Counted from the stretch's first letter, positions 49,156 to 59,336 are shown. The stretch: 64,000 nucleotides of DNA from an uncultured Muribaculaceae bacterium (GCA_910587185.1 CAJULY010000005.1:25608-89607), one strand, 5' to 3'. The notes: a model not told the origin generated them from the sequence alone. Numbers and translations: made by a program.

Positions 49156-49371
49156 TCAGGAAGCGAGAGCTTTGGAGAGGGCGGCGATGATGAGGCCGAG
49201 GAGGGTGAGGCCAAGGGCGGTATAGCGGAGAATGTCGATGGCTTTCAGGAGCGACGTGGAAGCGTGAAGGCCTTTATGTAGCCTGAAACCGACCAGTGCA
49301 CGGATGGTCCATGCGGCGCAGAAGCAGCCAATTGCGCAGATGAAGATGATTATTATAGCCCAGAGCAGCAT
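49156..49371 (-). CDS. Small 2-TM membrane protein
   Basis: Two hydrophobic helices; starts 2 nt after the upstream ORF stop. Confidence 0.55.
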   Translation of the reverse strand: MLLWAIIIIFICAIGCFCAAWTIRALVGFRLHKGLHASTSLLKAIDILRYTALGLTLLGLIIAALSKALAS

Positions 49372-49372
49372 A

Positions 49373-49660
49373 TCAGAAGAAGATATAAGTGGCGAATCCA
49401 AGAATCAAGAGAAGTATGACCCCCATGATTATCATTTTCTTTAAGTATCGCGTCATTCCCTGTTTCCGCGCATAGTAGCAGCGATATCCCATGACTGTGA
49501 ATGCAACGAGGGAAATGGCCCACAGAAGGATTATGTTCAGCCTGTAAGAAATGACAGAAGAGGGAAGCAGGATCAGAATTGTGATCGCTGCAGCAAGCAG
49601 AATCGAGATTACGCGTATCGCTTTGTCATGAGGTGTTACGGGTTGCGGGGTCATAGACAT
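49373..49660 (-). CDS. Small 3-TM membrane protein
   Basis: Three hydrophobic helices. Confidence 0.6.
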   Translation of the reverse strand: MSMTPQPVTPHDKAIRVISILLAAAITILILLPSSVISYRLNIILLWAISLVAFTVMGYRCYYARKQGMTRYLKKMIIMGVILLLILGFATYIFF

Positions 49661-49793
49661 ATAACGCCTTCTTTCCTGAAAAGGTTGTCAGGGTAATTTG
49701 ATTGGGAGCGCAGGAAAGAACGCGTCGGACAGGGTCGGACGGGTCTTTTTCCGGAGGAGGGGGAGGAACTTCGGGCGTATCTGATAGGGAGGT

Positions 49794-50303
49794 TCAGCGG
49801 CGCATCAGGCGGTTGATGACGAGCCATCCTCCGAGGATCTGAAGAAGCATTCCGGGAATGCCTAAGCGGAAATCCTGACAAGCGAGGAAAAAATCGCCTT
49901 TCATGATCCATTCTCCAAGGGTGCCGACAACCTGATAGGAAAGAACAACCAGCGCCAGAAGCGTGAGTGAGGCTTTTTTGAAATGCGAAGCTGCATAACC
50001 GGCGCCCACGGCGAGCAGTGCCGATTTAAGCAGGATAGCCGGCAATGCGGCCGCATGCGGCATTCCGAAGAGCAGGGAGTTGACAACCGGAGAAGCGATG
50101 GCTGTCAGAAGTCCTACGCGCCAGCCGTATTTGTAGGCACCGGCGAGGGTGAAGAAATAGATGGGCAGCCATATAATTCCGCCCTGAGGGATGAGGTGGA
50201 CGAGCTGAGGCAAGAAGATGTTGCCGGCAATAAAGGCCAAGGCCACGAAATAGGTAGCGGGACTGGAGAAGGGAAGTGAATGAAGTCTTATTGTTGTCTG
50301 CAT
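49794..50303 (-). CDS. ECF transporter S-component-like membrane protein
   Basis: GNIFLPQLVHLIPQGGIIWLPIYFFTL...G...SP motif; about 5-6 TMs. Confidence 0.75.
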   Translation of the reverse strand: MQTTIRLHSLPFSSPATYFVALAFIAGNIFLPQLVHLIPQGGIIWLPIYFFTLAGAYKYGWRVGLLTAIASPVVNSLLFGMPHAAALPAILLKSALLAVGAGYAASHFKKASLTLLALVVLSYQVVGTLGEWIMKGDFFLACQDFRLGIPGMLLQILGGWLVINRLMRR

Positions 50304-50311
50304 AATATCTT

Positions 50312-50743
50312 CTATTGGATGATGTTTTCTTTGTTGTTGCTTTTTACGAAGTCCACTATCAGCGGGAGGCAGGGGGCTGCATCCGTGCAGTCGCGGCAAA
50401 GAGTTTCGACGGGACAGATTCCGGTGCCTGCCCTGTTGATTATGTTTGGGACAAGGACGCCGTAGCTGGCGGTGATCGATGCGTCCTCGAGGAATTCAAA
50501 GGCGGGACGGCTCATAACGTCGGCATAGACTGACCGGACGCCGCCGAGCATCATCAGGGCGGCCGCACCTTTGCCTACGACCTTGTCGGCGATTTCAGCG
50601 CCACGAAGCGGAGAGGATTCATCGAGGACGAACCGGAGAAGGTCCTTCACTCCGCGCAGGTGTCCGAGGATGACGGCGCCGTCGGTGCGCCGAATGACGC
50701 AGGAACAGTTCTCGCGATGAAGTATTCCGATCAGTTCTTCCAT
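50312..50743 (-). CDS. DUF1893 protein
   Basis: RGVKDL, ADKVVGKGAA, IINRAGTGICPVE. Confidence 0.85.
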   Translation of the reverse strand: MEELIGILHRENCSCVIRRTDGAVILGHLRGVKDLLRFVLDESSPLRGAEIADKVVGKGAAALMMLGGVRSVYADVMSRPAFEFLEDASITASYGVLVPNIINRAGTGICPVETLCRDCTDAAPCLPLIVDFVKSNNKENIIQ

Positions 50744-50746
50744 CTC

Positions 50747-52180
50747 CTATATCTTTTCCTGTTTGAGATCCTCTACAAACCGGTCGATGCGGTGAAGCTC
50801 GGCGGGGATGTCGATTGCCTGGGGACAATGGGGCGCACATTGGTTGCAGCCTATGCAATGGCTTGCCTGACGAAGTTTCGGCACTGAGCGGTCGTAACCG
50901 ACAAGGAAAGCACGGCGCGCCTTCCGATAGTTCTCGCTCTGCGACGATTCGGGGACATTGCCTTCGTTAATGCATTTGTTGTAGTGAAGGAGAATGGCAG
51001 GGATGTCGATTCCGTAAGGACATGGCATGCAGTATTTGCAGTCATTGCAAGGCACCGTAGGATACTGCACCATCAGGTCGGCGGTAGAGTAGAGAAAATC
51101 CAGTTCTTCGTCGGTGAGCGGTTTCAGAGGGCAGAATGAATTCAGGTTGTCGATGAGGTGCTCCTTGTAGGTCATGCCGCTCAAGACGGTCAGGACTCCG
51201 GCGGGAGTCCCCGCATAGCGGAAGGCCCATGAGGCAACGCTTCGTTCCGGTTCCTTCTGGCGGAGACGTGCCATGATGTGGTCGGGCACATTCGCCAGAC
51301 GTCCTCCCAGAAGCGGCTCCATTATAATGGCGGGAATTGCGCGTTTTTCAAGCTCGGTGTAGAGATACTCGGCATTCGTGTTGCGGGGATTAATCTCTTT
51401 CGCGTGCTTCCAGTCGATGTAGTTGAGCTGTATCTGGACGAAATCCCATTTGTATTCATCGTGTTTCGACAGCAGATAGTCGAACACCTTGATGTCACCG
51501 TGGTAGGAAAAACCGAGATTGCGGATTCTGCCGGCCTCCCGCTCTTTCAGGAGGAAGTCGAGGACTCCGTTGTCGATATAGCGTTTGTTGAACTCATCCA
51601 TTCCGTCGCCCATCCCTACGCCGTGGAGAAGCATGTAGTCGATATAGTCGGTCTGCAATTCCTTCAGAGAATTACGGTACATTTCGATCGACGCCTCGCG
51701 ACTCCAAGTGGCGGGTGCGAAATTGGAGAGCTTCGTGGCGATGAAATAGGTGTCGCGGGGATGACGGCTCAACGCTATGCCGGTCGCATGTTCGGAGCGG
51801 CCCTTGCAGTAGGCGGGCGATGTGTCGAAATAATTGACGCCGTGGGCGATGGCCGTATCCACGAGATCATTGACGGTTTCCTGGTCGATAGCGTCGTCGC
51901 CGTTGTCTCTCGCGCTGTCGCCCGAGACGGTGGGCCAGCGCATACACCCGTAGCCGAGCAGCGACACTTTCTCGCCTGTCTTCGGATTCGTGCGATAGGT
52001 CATCTTGCCTTTTGGCAGTGCAGCCGATGAGGTTCTGTCGCCTGTCACTTTGTTGTCGGAGGAGTTGCATCCCGCCAGCGCGAGGCCCGTTACAGAAGCG
52101 CCGAGTCCGAGGCGTTTGAGGAAACTGCGGCGGTCCATGTTATCTTTCATATTGTCGGAATTCAGGATTTTGTTAGACAT
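50747..52180 (-). CDS. Tat-exported aldo/keto reductase with 4Fe-4S C-terminus
   Basis: DRRSFLK twin-arginine motif; LGYGCMR, YFDTSPAY, IMEPLLGG; CNDCKYCMPCP and CIGCNQCAPHCP. Start uncertain (52180, 52150 or 52138). Confidence 0.88.
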   Translation of the reverse strand: MSNKILNSDNMKDNMDRRSFLKRLGLGASVTGLALAGCNSSDNKVTGDRTSSAALPKGKMTYRTNPKTGEKVSLLGYGCMRWPTVSGDSARDNGDDAIDQETVNDLVDTAIAHGVNYFDTSPAYCKGRSEHATGIALSRHPRDTYFIATKLSNFAPATWSREASIEMYRNSLKELQTDYIDYMLLHGVGMGDGMDEFNKRYIDNGVLDFLLKEREAGRIRNLGFSYHGDIKVFDYLLSKHDEYKWDFVQIQLNYIDWKHAKEINPRNTNAEYLYTELEKRAIPAIIMEPLLGGRLANVPDHIMARLRQKEPERSVASWAFRYAGTPAGVLTVLSGMTYKEHLIDNLNSFCPLKPLTDEELDFLYSTADLMVQYPTVPCNDCKYCMPCPYGIDIPAILLHYNKCINEGNVPESSQSENYRKARRAFLVGYDRSVPKLRQASHCIGCNQCAPHCPQAIDIPAELHRIDRFVEDLKQEKI

Positions 52181-53675
52181 TTCTGTGGCGTTCATGGCCT
52201 TCGACATAGATGGCGCTGAACGGCCGCGAGGGACATAGATTCTCGCAAGCGCCGCAACCGATGCATCGTTCGGTGTTTACCGCAGGGATTTTCGGCGCGT
52301 TCTCGTTTTTAGGATCGGAGGATACCATAGTTATGGCTCCGACAAGGCAATGTCGTGCGCAGTTTCCGCATTCCACGCCATCGGTCAGCGGAATGCAGTT
52401 TTCCTTAACCCAGACGGCATGTCCGATCTGGATGGCCGATTTGTCGGCAGCGGTTATCGGGAGAATCGCACCGGCCGGACATACTTCCGAGCAGCGCGTA
52501 CACTCTGGGCGGCAGTATCCGCGCTCGTAGGATGAGACGGGCTGCATAAGGGTGGCGACGTCGGTCGAGGGACGGAGCACACCGTTGGGACACACAGAGA
52601 CGCAGAGCTGACACGCGGTGCAGTGAGAGGCAAGATGGCGCAGACCCTGAGCTCCGGGAGGAACGATGGGGGTTACACGCTTAGGAATCTTCTTATCTTC
52701 AATGACCGCGAGCCCCCCGTCGATTTTCTTTTCCTGGGCGTGGATAGCCGCAGTCGTGGCGATGACAGCTGTGGCAGAGAGGAATTGGCGGCGTTTGCCG
52801 TCGATCTTTTCTTCCGGGTCACGGGACGCGTCCGGTTTCTTTGCCGAGGGTCTCAGCCGGTAGGAGATCGCTCCCTTGGTGCATTTGCCGATGCAGTCGA
52901 AGCAGGTTACACAACGGGAATAGTCGATGGCGTGTTTCTTGCTGTTGATGCATGAAGCCTTGCAGTTCCTCGCGCAGAGACCGCAACCGTTGCATTTCGT
53001 TGTGTCTATGACAGGACGGAAGAGCGAATAGCGCGAGAGGAAACCGAGAACGGTGCCTACGGGGCAGATGGTGTTGCAGTAGGTGCGGCCATTGCGCCAC
53101 GACAGGACTGCGAGCGCCACAAGGGTGACAACGGCGACAGCGAGGGTGACACCCCCTTTAAGCCATACATCGACCGAGTAGAACATGTAGTCGCCACGGG
53201 CTTCTGACCATCGGGCCAGAAGATTGTTGCCCCATTGCCAGAGAGGCGAGAGGAGGCTCTGCACAATGCGGCCGTAGGCACTGTAGGGAGCAAGCAGAGC
53301 CACAAACGCGCCTATGCCCGCTATGATGGCGGCAACCATAAGCAGCAACATGACGTAGCGGAGCGGGTTGAGAGCTTTCGAATAGGAATAATGGTTCTTT
53401 TTCCTTTTCTTGCCAAGCCATCCGAAGCCGTCCTGCATTATTCCGAGAGGACAGATTACGGAACAGTAAAGTCGTCCGAAAAGCAAAGTGAGGAGAACCA
53501 GGGCCAGAATCACCCCGACGTTAAGAGCGAGGAGGGCGGGCAGGAACTGGATCTTGGCCATCCATCCGAAAAACCGATGGACCGTTCCCGTGAAATCAAG
53601 GAATAGAGCGGTGACGAGCAGGATGCTGATGACAGCCAGGATCTGTCTTGTTTTTTTCAACATGGATTGTCGCAT
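52173..53675 (-). CDS. Membrane polyferredoxin (NapH/NapF-like 4Fe-4S binding protein)
   Basis: GRLYCSVICPLG, CNTICPVG and multiple CxxCxxCxxxC motifs. Confidence 0.9.
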   Translation of the reverse strand: MRQSMLKKTRQILAVISILLVTALFLDFTGTVHRFFGWMAKIQFLPALLALNVGVILALVLLTLLFGRLYCSVICPLGIMQDGFGWLGKKRKKNHYSYSKALNPLRYVMLLLMVAAIIAGIGAFVALLAPYSAYGRIVQSLLSPLWQWGNNLLARWSEARGDYMFYSVDVWLKGGVTLAVAVVTLVALAVLSWRNGRTYCNTICPVGTVLGFLSRYSLFRPVIDTTKCNGCGLCARNCKASCINSKKHAIDYSRCVTCFDCIGKCTKGAISYRLRPSAKKPDASRDPEEKIDGKRRQFLSATAVIATTAAIHAQEKKIDGGLAVIEDKKIPKRVTPIVPPGAQGLRHLASHCTACQLCVSVCPNGVLRPSTDVATLMQPVSSYERGYCRPECTRCSEVCPAGAILPITAADKSAIQIGHAVWVKENCIPLTDGVECGNCARHCLVGAITMVSSDPKNENAPKIPAVNTERCIGCGACENLCPSRPFSAIYVEGHERHRNV

Positions 53676-53999
53676 AATGAACTGGTTTAAACTTGATTCA
53701 AAATGTTTGCACTTGTTTCAACTTCGCAAAATTACAGCAAACCGACGTAATGTATATTAATCAAATTACGGATTGGCTTACCTTAATTACAGATAATTGC
53801 CGCGTGGCACGACAGCCGGCATTTGCAAAGTTAATGATTTGCCAGAAAGATTCCAACAGTCAGGCAACAGTGAGGGATATTTCTCTGTAGTCCAGCGGAC
53901 AACATGTTTTACCGAATGATTAACCAATCTTACCGATATGACCCGGAGAATGTTGGTTTTGATTCCATGAAATGATATATTTGCAAAAAAAACCGTTAT

Positions 54000-54902
54000 A
54001 TGGCCGACGCCGATATCATCAGACTTGACACAATCGAAAAGTACAACCGGCTGCTCGGGGCCGAGACGCTGCATCCGCTGGTCTCCATGACCGATCTGTC
54101 GAAACTTAAAAGCATTCCCCACTGCCGCAAGGAGTTCGGGTTCTATTGCGTATATTACAAGGAACTCGACTGCGGTCCCATCCAGTATGGCCGGAGCAAG
54201 TATGACTATCAGGAGGGGACGATGCTTTTCATATCTCCCGGACAGATCGCCGGGAGCAATGACGGCGGCGAGACTCTGAACCCGAAAGGTCTCGCTCTCA
54301 TGTTTCATCCCGATCTGCTCTACGGCACTCCGCTTGCCCGCAGGATGGGAGATTACAGCTTTTTCTCATACGATTCGAACGAGGCGCTCCACATGTCGGA
54401 ACGCGAAAAAAAGATAATCCTTAACTGTTTCCATGAAATCGGGGCAGAACTCGAGCATGCTATCGACAAACATACGAAGCAGATAGTGGCCTCGACGATA
54501 GAGACTATGCTGAATTACTGTTCCCGTTTCTATGACCGGCAGTTCATCACGCGCGAGGTGGCCAACCGTGGAATCCTTAGCCGATTTGAGAAAACCGTCA
54601 GGGATTGGTTCGAATCGGGTAAAGCCAGGGAAAGGGGGCTGCCGACGGTGCAGATGTGCGCGTCGGAAGCATTCTCGCCCAATTACTTCGGTGATCTCAT
54701 AAAGAAAGAGCTCGGCAAGACAGCGCAGGAATACATACAGCTCTATGTCATAGGGCGCGCGAAAGAACTGATTGCCGAAAAGGTCATGAACGTGAGCGAG
54801 GTGGCATACGAACTCGGATTCAAATATCCCCACCATCTGACCCGCGTTTTCAAGAAAGTCACGGGCATGACTCCAAACGAATACCGGCAGACGGTGAACT
54901 GA
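54000..54902 (+). CDS. AraC-family transcriptional regulator
   Basis: PNYFGDLIKKELG...VSEVAYELGFKYPHHLTRVFKK. Confidence 0.92.
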   Translation: MADADIIRLDTIEKYNRLLGAETLHPLVSMTDLSKLKSIPHCRKEFGFYCVYYKELDCGPIQYGRSKYDYQEGTMLFISPGQIAGSNDGGETLNPKGLALMFHPDLLYGTPLARRMGDYSFFSYDSNEALHMSEREKKIILNCFHEIGAELEHAIDKHTKQIVASTIETMLNYCSRFYDRQFITREVANRGILSRFEKTVRDWFESGKARERGLPTVQMCASEAFSPNYFGDLIKKELGKTAQEYIQLYVIGRAKELIAEKVMNVSEVAYELGFKYPHHLTRVFKKVTGMTPNEYRQTVN

Positions 54903-54979
54903 CCGCTTCCCCCCCTCAGCGAGGATTGCCGTATAACGCTGAATCAATCAACCAATCAGAGAAATATTGAGATATAGAT

Positions 54980-55672
54980 ATGAAACACATTTCATCCATT
55001 ATGTTATCGTGCGCGCTCGCCGTCGCTTGCATTTCGTGCAACAGTCCTGAAAACAAAGAGGCCGTGACTGCCAACGATGAAACACAGGGCTTGCCCGTGT
55101 ATAACATCCCTTTCTCCGCGACTTCGACAATAAATAAAGCTCAGAAAAAGGTGCTTGTCATCTCTGCAAGCCCACGGCGGGGCCGGAACACCGATCTTCT
55201 CTGCGATGAATTTGTCAGAGGTGCACGCGAGGCCGGCGGCTCGGTAGAGAAAATTTTTCTCGATGACTATAAAATCGACTTCTTCCATGAGGAACATTCT
55301 GAAAACCCCGACACCGTTATGACGGAGGGAGATCAGGCGCCTATGATTGTGGAAAAAATGACGAAGGCCGATATAATAGTGTTGTCGAGTCCGGTCTATT
55401 ACATGAATATCGACGGTCAGCTTAAAACGCTCATGGACCGCTGTTATCGCAACAAAGGGCTGCAGGGCAAGGAATTCTATTATATCACGGCCTGCGCCGA
55501 CCGCGAGGAATCAACAGCCGAAACCGCAATTTTCGCTTTCCGCGGGTTTGTTGTCTGTCTGCCCGACCCTGTTGAGCGCGGAAGTATCAAAGCCATAGGC
55601 ATGGGTCGCAAAGGGGGCGTTGAAAACACTTCCTATCTGACGGACGCCTACGAGTTAGGCAAGACTATCTGA
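54980..55672 (+). CDS. Flavodoxin/NADPH-dependent FMN reductase lipoprotein
   Basis: Lipobox CISC; SASPRRGRNT, SPVYYMNIDGQLKTLMDR. Confidence 0.85.
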   Translation: MKHISSIMLSCALAVACISCNSPENKEAVTANDETQGLPVYNIPFSATSTINKAQKKVLVISASPRRGRNTDLLCDEFVRGAREAGGSVEKIFLDDYKIDFFHEEHSENPDTVMTEGDQAPMIVEKMTKADIIVLSSPVYYMNIDGQLKTLMDRCYRNKGLQGKEFYYITACADREESTAETAIFAFRGFVVCLPDPVERGSIKAIGMGRKGGVENTSYLTDAYELGKTI

Positions 55673-55686
55673 TTCATTTCGGACTT

Positions 55687-56511
55687 TCAGTTATCGCAAA
55701 ATTTGCGACAACTGCCAGCGACGGCAAGACATACCAAGTTGAATATTATAATATAGAAATGATTACCTCTATAGGGTGAAATCACAACGCGGTATTTCGA
55801 AATATTTTCAAGGAGGGAGAATTAGAAAAATCTTCAGTATGTAAGGAATCCTTACTAACTGCCACAGATGGCAAACGATACAAGACTAAGCTCTATTCTC
55901 TTGATGTTATAATATCGGTGGGTTATCGCGTTAAATCCCTACGTGGAACCCAGTTCCGTGTCTGGGCGAACAAGATCTTGAAAGATTATCTGTTGCGGGG
56001 CTACAGCGTGAACCAACGTCTCCTTTACATGGAGAGCCGAATTGACCATAGACTTGCTGAACATGACTGTCAGCTGAAGGAATTATCAGATAAAGTCGAT
56101 TTCTTTCTTCATACAACGTTGCCTCCGAAGGAAGGAGTCCTTTTTGACGGACAGATATTCGATGCCTATGTATTTGTATGTGATTTGATCCGGCGTGCAA
56201 AGAAGCGTATCATACTCATAGACAATTATGTGGATGAGACAGTATTGACGTTGCTTGATAAACGGGCTGACGGCGTTAATGCAACAATCTACACAAAACG
56301 CCCCGACCGAATGCTGAGACTTGACATAAGACGGCATAATGATCAGTATTCACAGATCGACATAAGAATAACATCGAATATCCATGACCGTTTCATGGTG
56401 ATAGATGATATATTATATCATATCGGGGCTTCAATCAAAGACCTCGGGAAAAAGTTGTTTGCTTTTTCAAAAATGGAGATGCCCCCCTCGATTGTACTCA
56501 ATACTCTTTAG
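55687..56511 (+). pseudogene. 5'-truncated RhuM-family DNA-binding protein with PLD-like C-terminus, preceded by a second RhuM fragment
   Basis: NIFKEGEL...DGKRY...LDVIISVGYRVKS...FRVWA RhuM motifs; IDNYVD, HDRF..IDD, GASIKDLG; no proper start codon. Confidence 0.7.
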
Positions 56512-56702
56512 TCCTTTCCTGAGGCAGTCTGCTGCATGGCTTTCTTGGGGCATTTGCGGATACATTTCCCGCATTCGATGCATAGGGTGTAATCTATGAC
56601 CGGAAAACCTTCGGCATTCTGGGAGATTGCGCCTACGGGACAGGCCTTGATCAGGGGACAGACGTGGTTGTGTGGGCAGATATTTTTGTTGACAACTATC
56701 AT
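56508..56702 (-). CDS. Small 4Fe-4S ferredoxin
   Basis: CPHNHVCPLIKACPVGA and CIECGKCIRKCP; - strand promoter box at 56722-56729. Confidence 0.88.
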   Translation of the reverse strand: MIVVNKNICPHNHVCPLIKACPVGAISQNAEGFPVIDYTLCIECGKCIRKCPKKAMQQTASGKD

Positions 56703-56805
56703 GGTTCTTGTTTTTTTGTTGCAAATTTAGGATAACTCTCTTGTTTGACAAAACAGATTTTGTCTATCTTTGCATCGATAAAACCGAACAACAGAAGGAA
56801 TTCGT

Positions 56806-57732
56806 ATGACACTACAGCAGATGGAATACATCGTGGCGGTTGACAAGTATCGCCATTTTGCAAAGGCTGCCGAATCGTGCGGCATCGCGCAGTCAACGCT
56901 GTCGTCCATGATCCAGAAGCTTGAGCTGGAGCTGGACGTGACAATTTTTGACCGCAACAGCCATCCGGTCAAGCCAACGGCTGTTGGCCGGGAGATTCTC
57001 ACCCGGGCCAGGAAGCTGCTCTTCAATGCCGCTCAGGTCCGCGAACTGGTCGCCATGCGCAAAGGCGAGTCGATCGGGGCTGTTTCGCTCGGCATTGTCT
57101 CGACAGTGGCACCATATCTGTTGCCAAAGATGCTTAAATTCCTTTCAGGAAATTATCCTGACATACGTGTGCATGTGGAGGAGGGCCGGGTGTCGGCGCT
57201 GGTTTCGCAGCTTGAGCGCGGAGATATTGACGTTGCACTGATGGCCACGCCGGTCGGCAACGGCGAATTGCTTGAAATTCCAGTCTATCGCGAGAGGCTT
57301 TTGGCCTATGTTGCTCCCGGGGAGCCGATCTACCGGCAGGAGGTTCTCAGGGTCGGGAATCTGCCGGCGGAAAGTGTCTGGATGCTTCGCGAAGGTTATT
57401 GTCCCAACAACGGCGTTTTTCCTTTCTGTGAGCGTAGAGGAAGCGATCGGGCTGTCTATGAGGCGGGGAGCGTTGAGACTCTCATAAAGATTGTCGATGA
57501 AAACGGAGGCTATGCCATAATTCCGGAGCTTCATGTTCCGCTGCTGAAAGAGAGTCAGCAGAGAAATGTCCGCGCGTTATGCGACCCGGAGCCTACGCGG
57601 GAGATCGCACTGGTGGTTCACCGCAATTTCGTGCGCGAACGTTTGCTGAACGTTCTGGCGGAAGCTGTCAAAACGATAATTCCTTCGGAGATGGTGGATG
57701 AGCGGCTAAAAAAGTTTTCAATCAAACTGTAA
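56806..57732 (+). CDS. oxyR: OxyR-like LysR regulator
   Basis: MTLQQMEY...QSTLS HTH; EGYC-x8-C redox cysteine pair; GSVETLIKIVD. Confidence 0.82.
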   Translation: MTLQQMEYIVAVDKYRHFAKAAESCGIAQSTLSSMIQKLELELDVTIFDRNSHPVKPTAVGREILTRARKLLFNAAQVRELVAMRKGESIGAVSLGIVSTVAPYLLPKMLKFLSGNYPDIRVHVEEGRVSALVSQLERGDIDVALMATPVGNGELLEIPVYRERLLAYVAPGEPIYRQEVLRVGNLPAESVWMLREGYCPNNGVFPFCERRGSDRAVYEAGSVETLIKIVDENGGYAIIPELHVPLLKESQQRNVRALCDPEPTREIALVVHRNFVRERLLNVLAEAVKTIIPSEMVDERLKKFSIKL

Positions 57733-57797
57733 TAGATAAAAGCGATTGCCGCATCTGTTTTATAGTTTGTGTCTATAATCGGGGTTGTATAACTTTG
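57732..57797 (+). promoter_or_regulatory. OxyR-type boxes plus TAACTTTG promoter
   Basis: ATAG-N7-CGAT (57732-57746), ATAG-N7-CTAT (57762-57776); -7 box at 57790-57797. Confidence 0.6.
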
Positions 57798-57821
57798 CGG
57801 CTGAAAACAAAACCCGAACAA

Positions 57822-58502
57822 ATGGCAACCAAACGATTTTTCCGCTCACTCCCCAAAAAGGGATTTTCACTCTACTGGATTCTTCTGGCTTATCTCGTGG
57901 CAGGATATTTCTATCCCGTCGTCGGCTTTCTTGCGCTTATCTGCATGATAGCGCCGGTGGCTTTCGCTGTGAGAAAAGGAAGGTGGTGGTGTGGTAACGC
58001 ATGCCCTCGCGGCAATTTCTATGACAAAGTACTGGCGAAGTACTCACCCCACAGAGAGATTCCGGCTATAGTGCGGACAACGGGGTTCCGTGCCTTTATG
58101 GTTGCGTTTATTTTCACAATGTTCGGGATCCAGATGTATCTGGCCTGGGGCGACTGGAACGCGATGGGGCGCGTTTTCTGGACAATTATCCTGATAACAA
58201 CAGTGGTTGGAGTGACACTTGCGTTCATATTCGCGCCACGCTCATGGTGTTCCTTCTGCCCGATGGGGACGTTGTCGGCCTGGGCGTCGCCCCGCAGCGG
58301 CCGTTTGCTCGAGAATTATCGCAGGGTGTTCGTGGGCGACAGATGCACTACCCGTTGCAAGCTCTGCCACGCCGTCTGCCCCATGCAGCTCAAGCCCTTC
58401 GAGAGCAAGAACGCCGAAGAAGGTTTCCTGCATCCCGACTGCCTTAAGTGTGGCCACTGTACGCTTGGCTGTCCCCTCAAAGTTCCGGTCCTGCGATCCT
58501 GA
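57822..58502 (+). CDS. Membrane 4Fe-4S binding protein (NapH-like)
   Basis: WCGNACPRG, WCSFCPMG, CKLCHAVCPM, CLKCGHCTLGCP; about 4 TMs. Confidence 0.87.
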   Translation: MATKRFFRSLPKKGFSLYWILLAYLVAGYFYPVVGFLALICMIAPVAFAVRKGRWWCGNACPRGNFYDKVLAKYSPHREIPAIVRTTGFRAFMVAFIFTMFGIQMYLAWGDWNAMGRVFWTIILITTVVGVTLAFIFAPRSWCSFCPMGTLSAWASPRSGRLLENYRRVFVGDRCTTRCKLCHAVCPMQLKPFESKNAEEGFLHPDCLKCGHCTLGCPLKVPVLRS

Positions 58503-58638
58503 GGTCCGTACTTCAGCGCATGAATGCTCGGCAATAAGTGAGATACAGGGGCTTCTTTAATAAAACTTTTTTTCTTGCTCACATGTAATTATCTGTTCAA
58601 TATCGCGTCTAATAGTAAAACTAAATATAAGAATCATC

Positions 58639-58812
58639 ATGATCGCTCATTGGTATGTCTATCTAACACTCGCGATAGTATCAGTATTCCTGCTATGGAT
58701 TTGTGACAAATTTCAAATTATAAAGTCGAAGCCTTTGCGCACCCTCATAGTTATTTTTGTATCTGTCTTTATCTGTTGGGGAATTTACGATATTATCCTC
58801 GGCACAAAATAA
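58639..58812 (+). CDS. 57-aa two-TM small protein (absent from ORF track)
   Basis: MIAHWYVYLTLAIVSVFLLWICDKFQIIKSKPLRTLIVIFVSVFICWGIYDIILGTK; A-rich leader. Confidence 0.55.
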   Translation: MIAHWYVYLTLAIVSVFLLWICDKFQIIKSKPLRTLIVIFVSVFICWGIYDIILGTK

Positions 58813-58896
58813 TAAAGAGTCAAATTAGAAGTGTGCCAACCACCGGACAAACCCGATTTTGAGATCTCTAAAAAACAGGGATTTTTTCTCCGCGCA

Positions 58897-58988
58897 CTAT
58901 GAAAGAGCCGGGCGATAACGTAGCAATACAGGGAGTGGGTTGTTAGAATGGATTGGGAAGGTTGTGTTTGTCGGTGCCGGTTCTAAAG
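58897..58988 (+). repeat. 92-bp perfect direct repeat, left copy
   Basis: Identical to 63209-63300 by base-by-base comparison. Confidence 0.95.
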
Positions 58989-59127
58989 ATGGTTTACTTC
59001 TATAAAACAGATTTTTGGACGCTTGGAGAAACAATAGCGGTACAAAAAGAGGGAAAATGAGCCTTGAAACGCTGATTTTTACCTGTCAATAAGAGACTTT
59101 TACGAGATTTTCATTACTTTTGTATTC

Positions 59128-59336
59128 GGATAGAGGCAACTCTTTCCACGACATTTTGAAATAATAAGAAGCGTTATGCTTATCTTGTGAATTGGAAACG
59201 TAGGAATTTCACAATTACACACAAGGGTGGCATAGTGGTTCTCACGCTATAGCGTGGGCTGCTACTACTACATTCGTGTGTACGGGTTTCCTACGACCTC
59301 CAATTCAGAACGTGGCATTTGCAGTTCCACGCTTCT
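59128..59336 (+). ncRNA. Candidate structured leader or ncRNA (nested rod-like hairpin)
   Basis: Promoter TACTTTTG at 59115-59122; GCAA-capped hairpin; five nested helices (see findings). Confidence 0.5.

Noticed and set aside
55687..55935. Diversity-generating retroelement TR/VR pair
   Set aside because: The two copies are too diverged, the differences are not adenine-specific, and there is no reverse transcriptase in the window.
59128..59336. Retron msr-msd
   Set aside because: No reverse transcriptase in the cassette or window.
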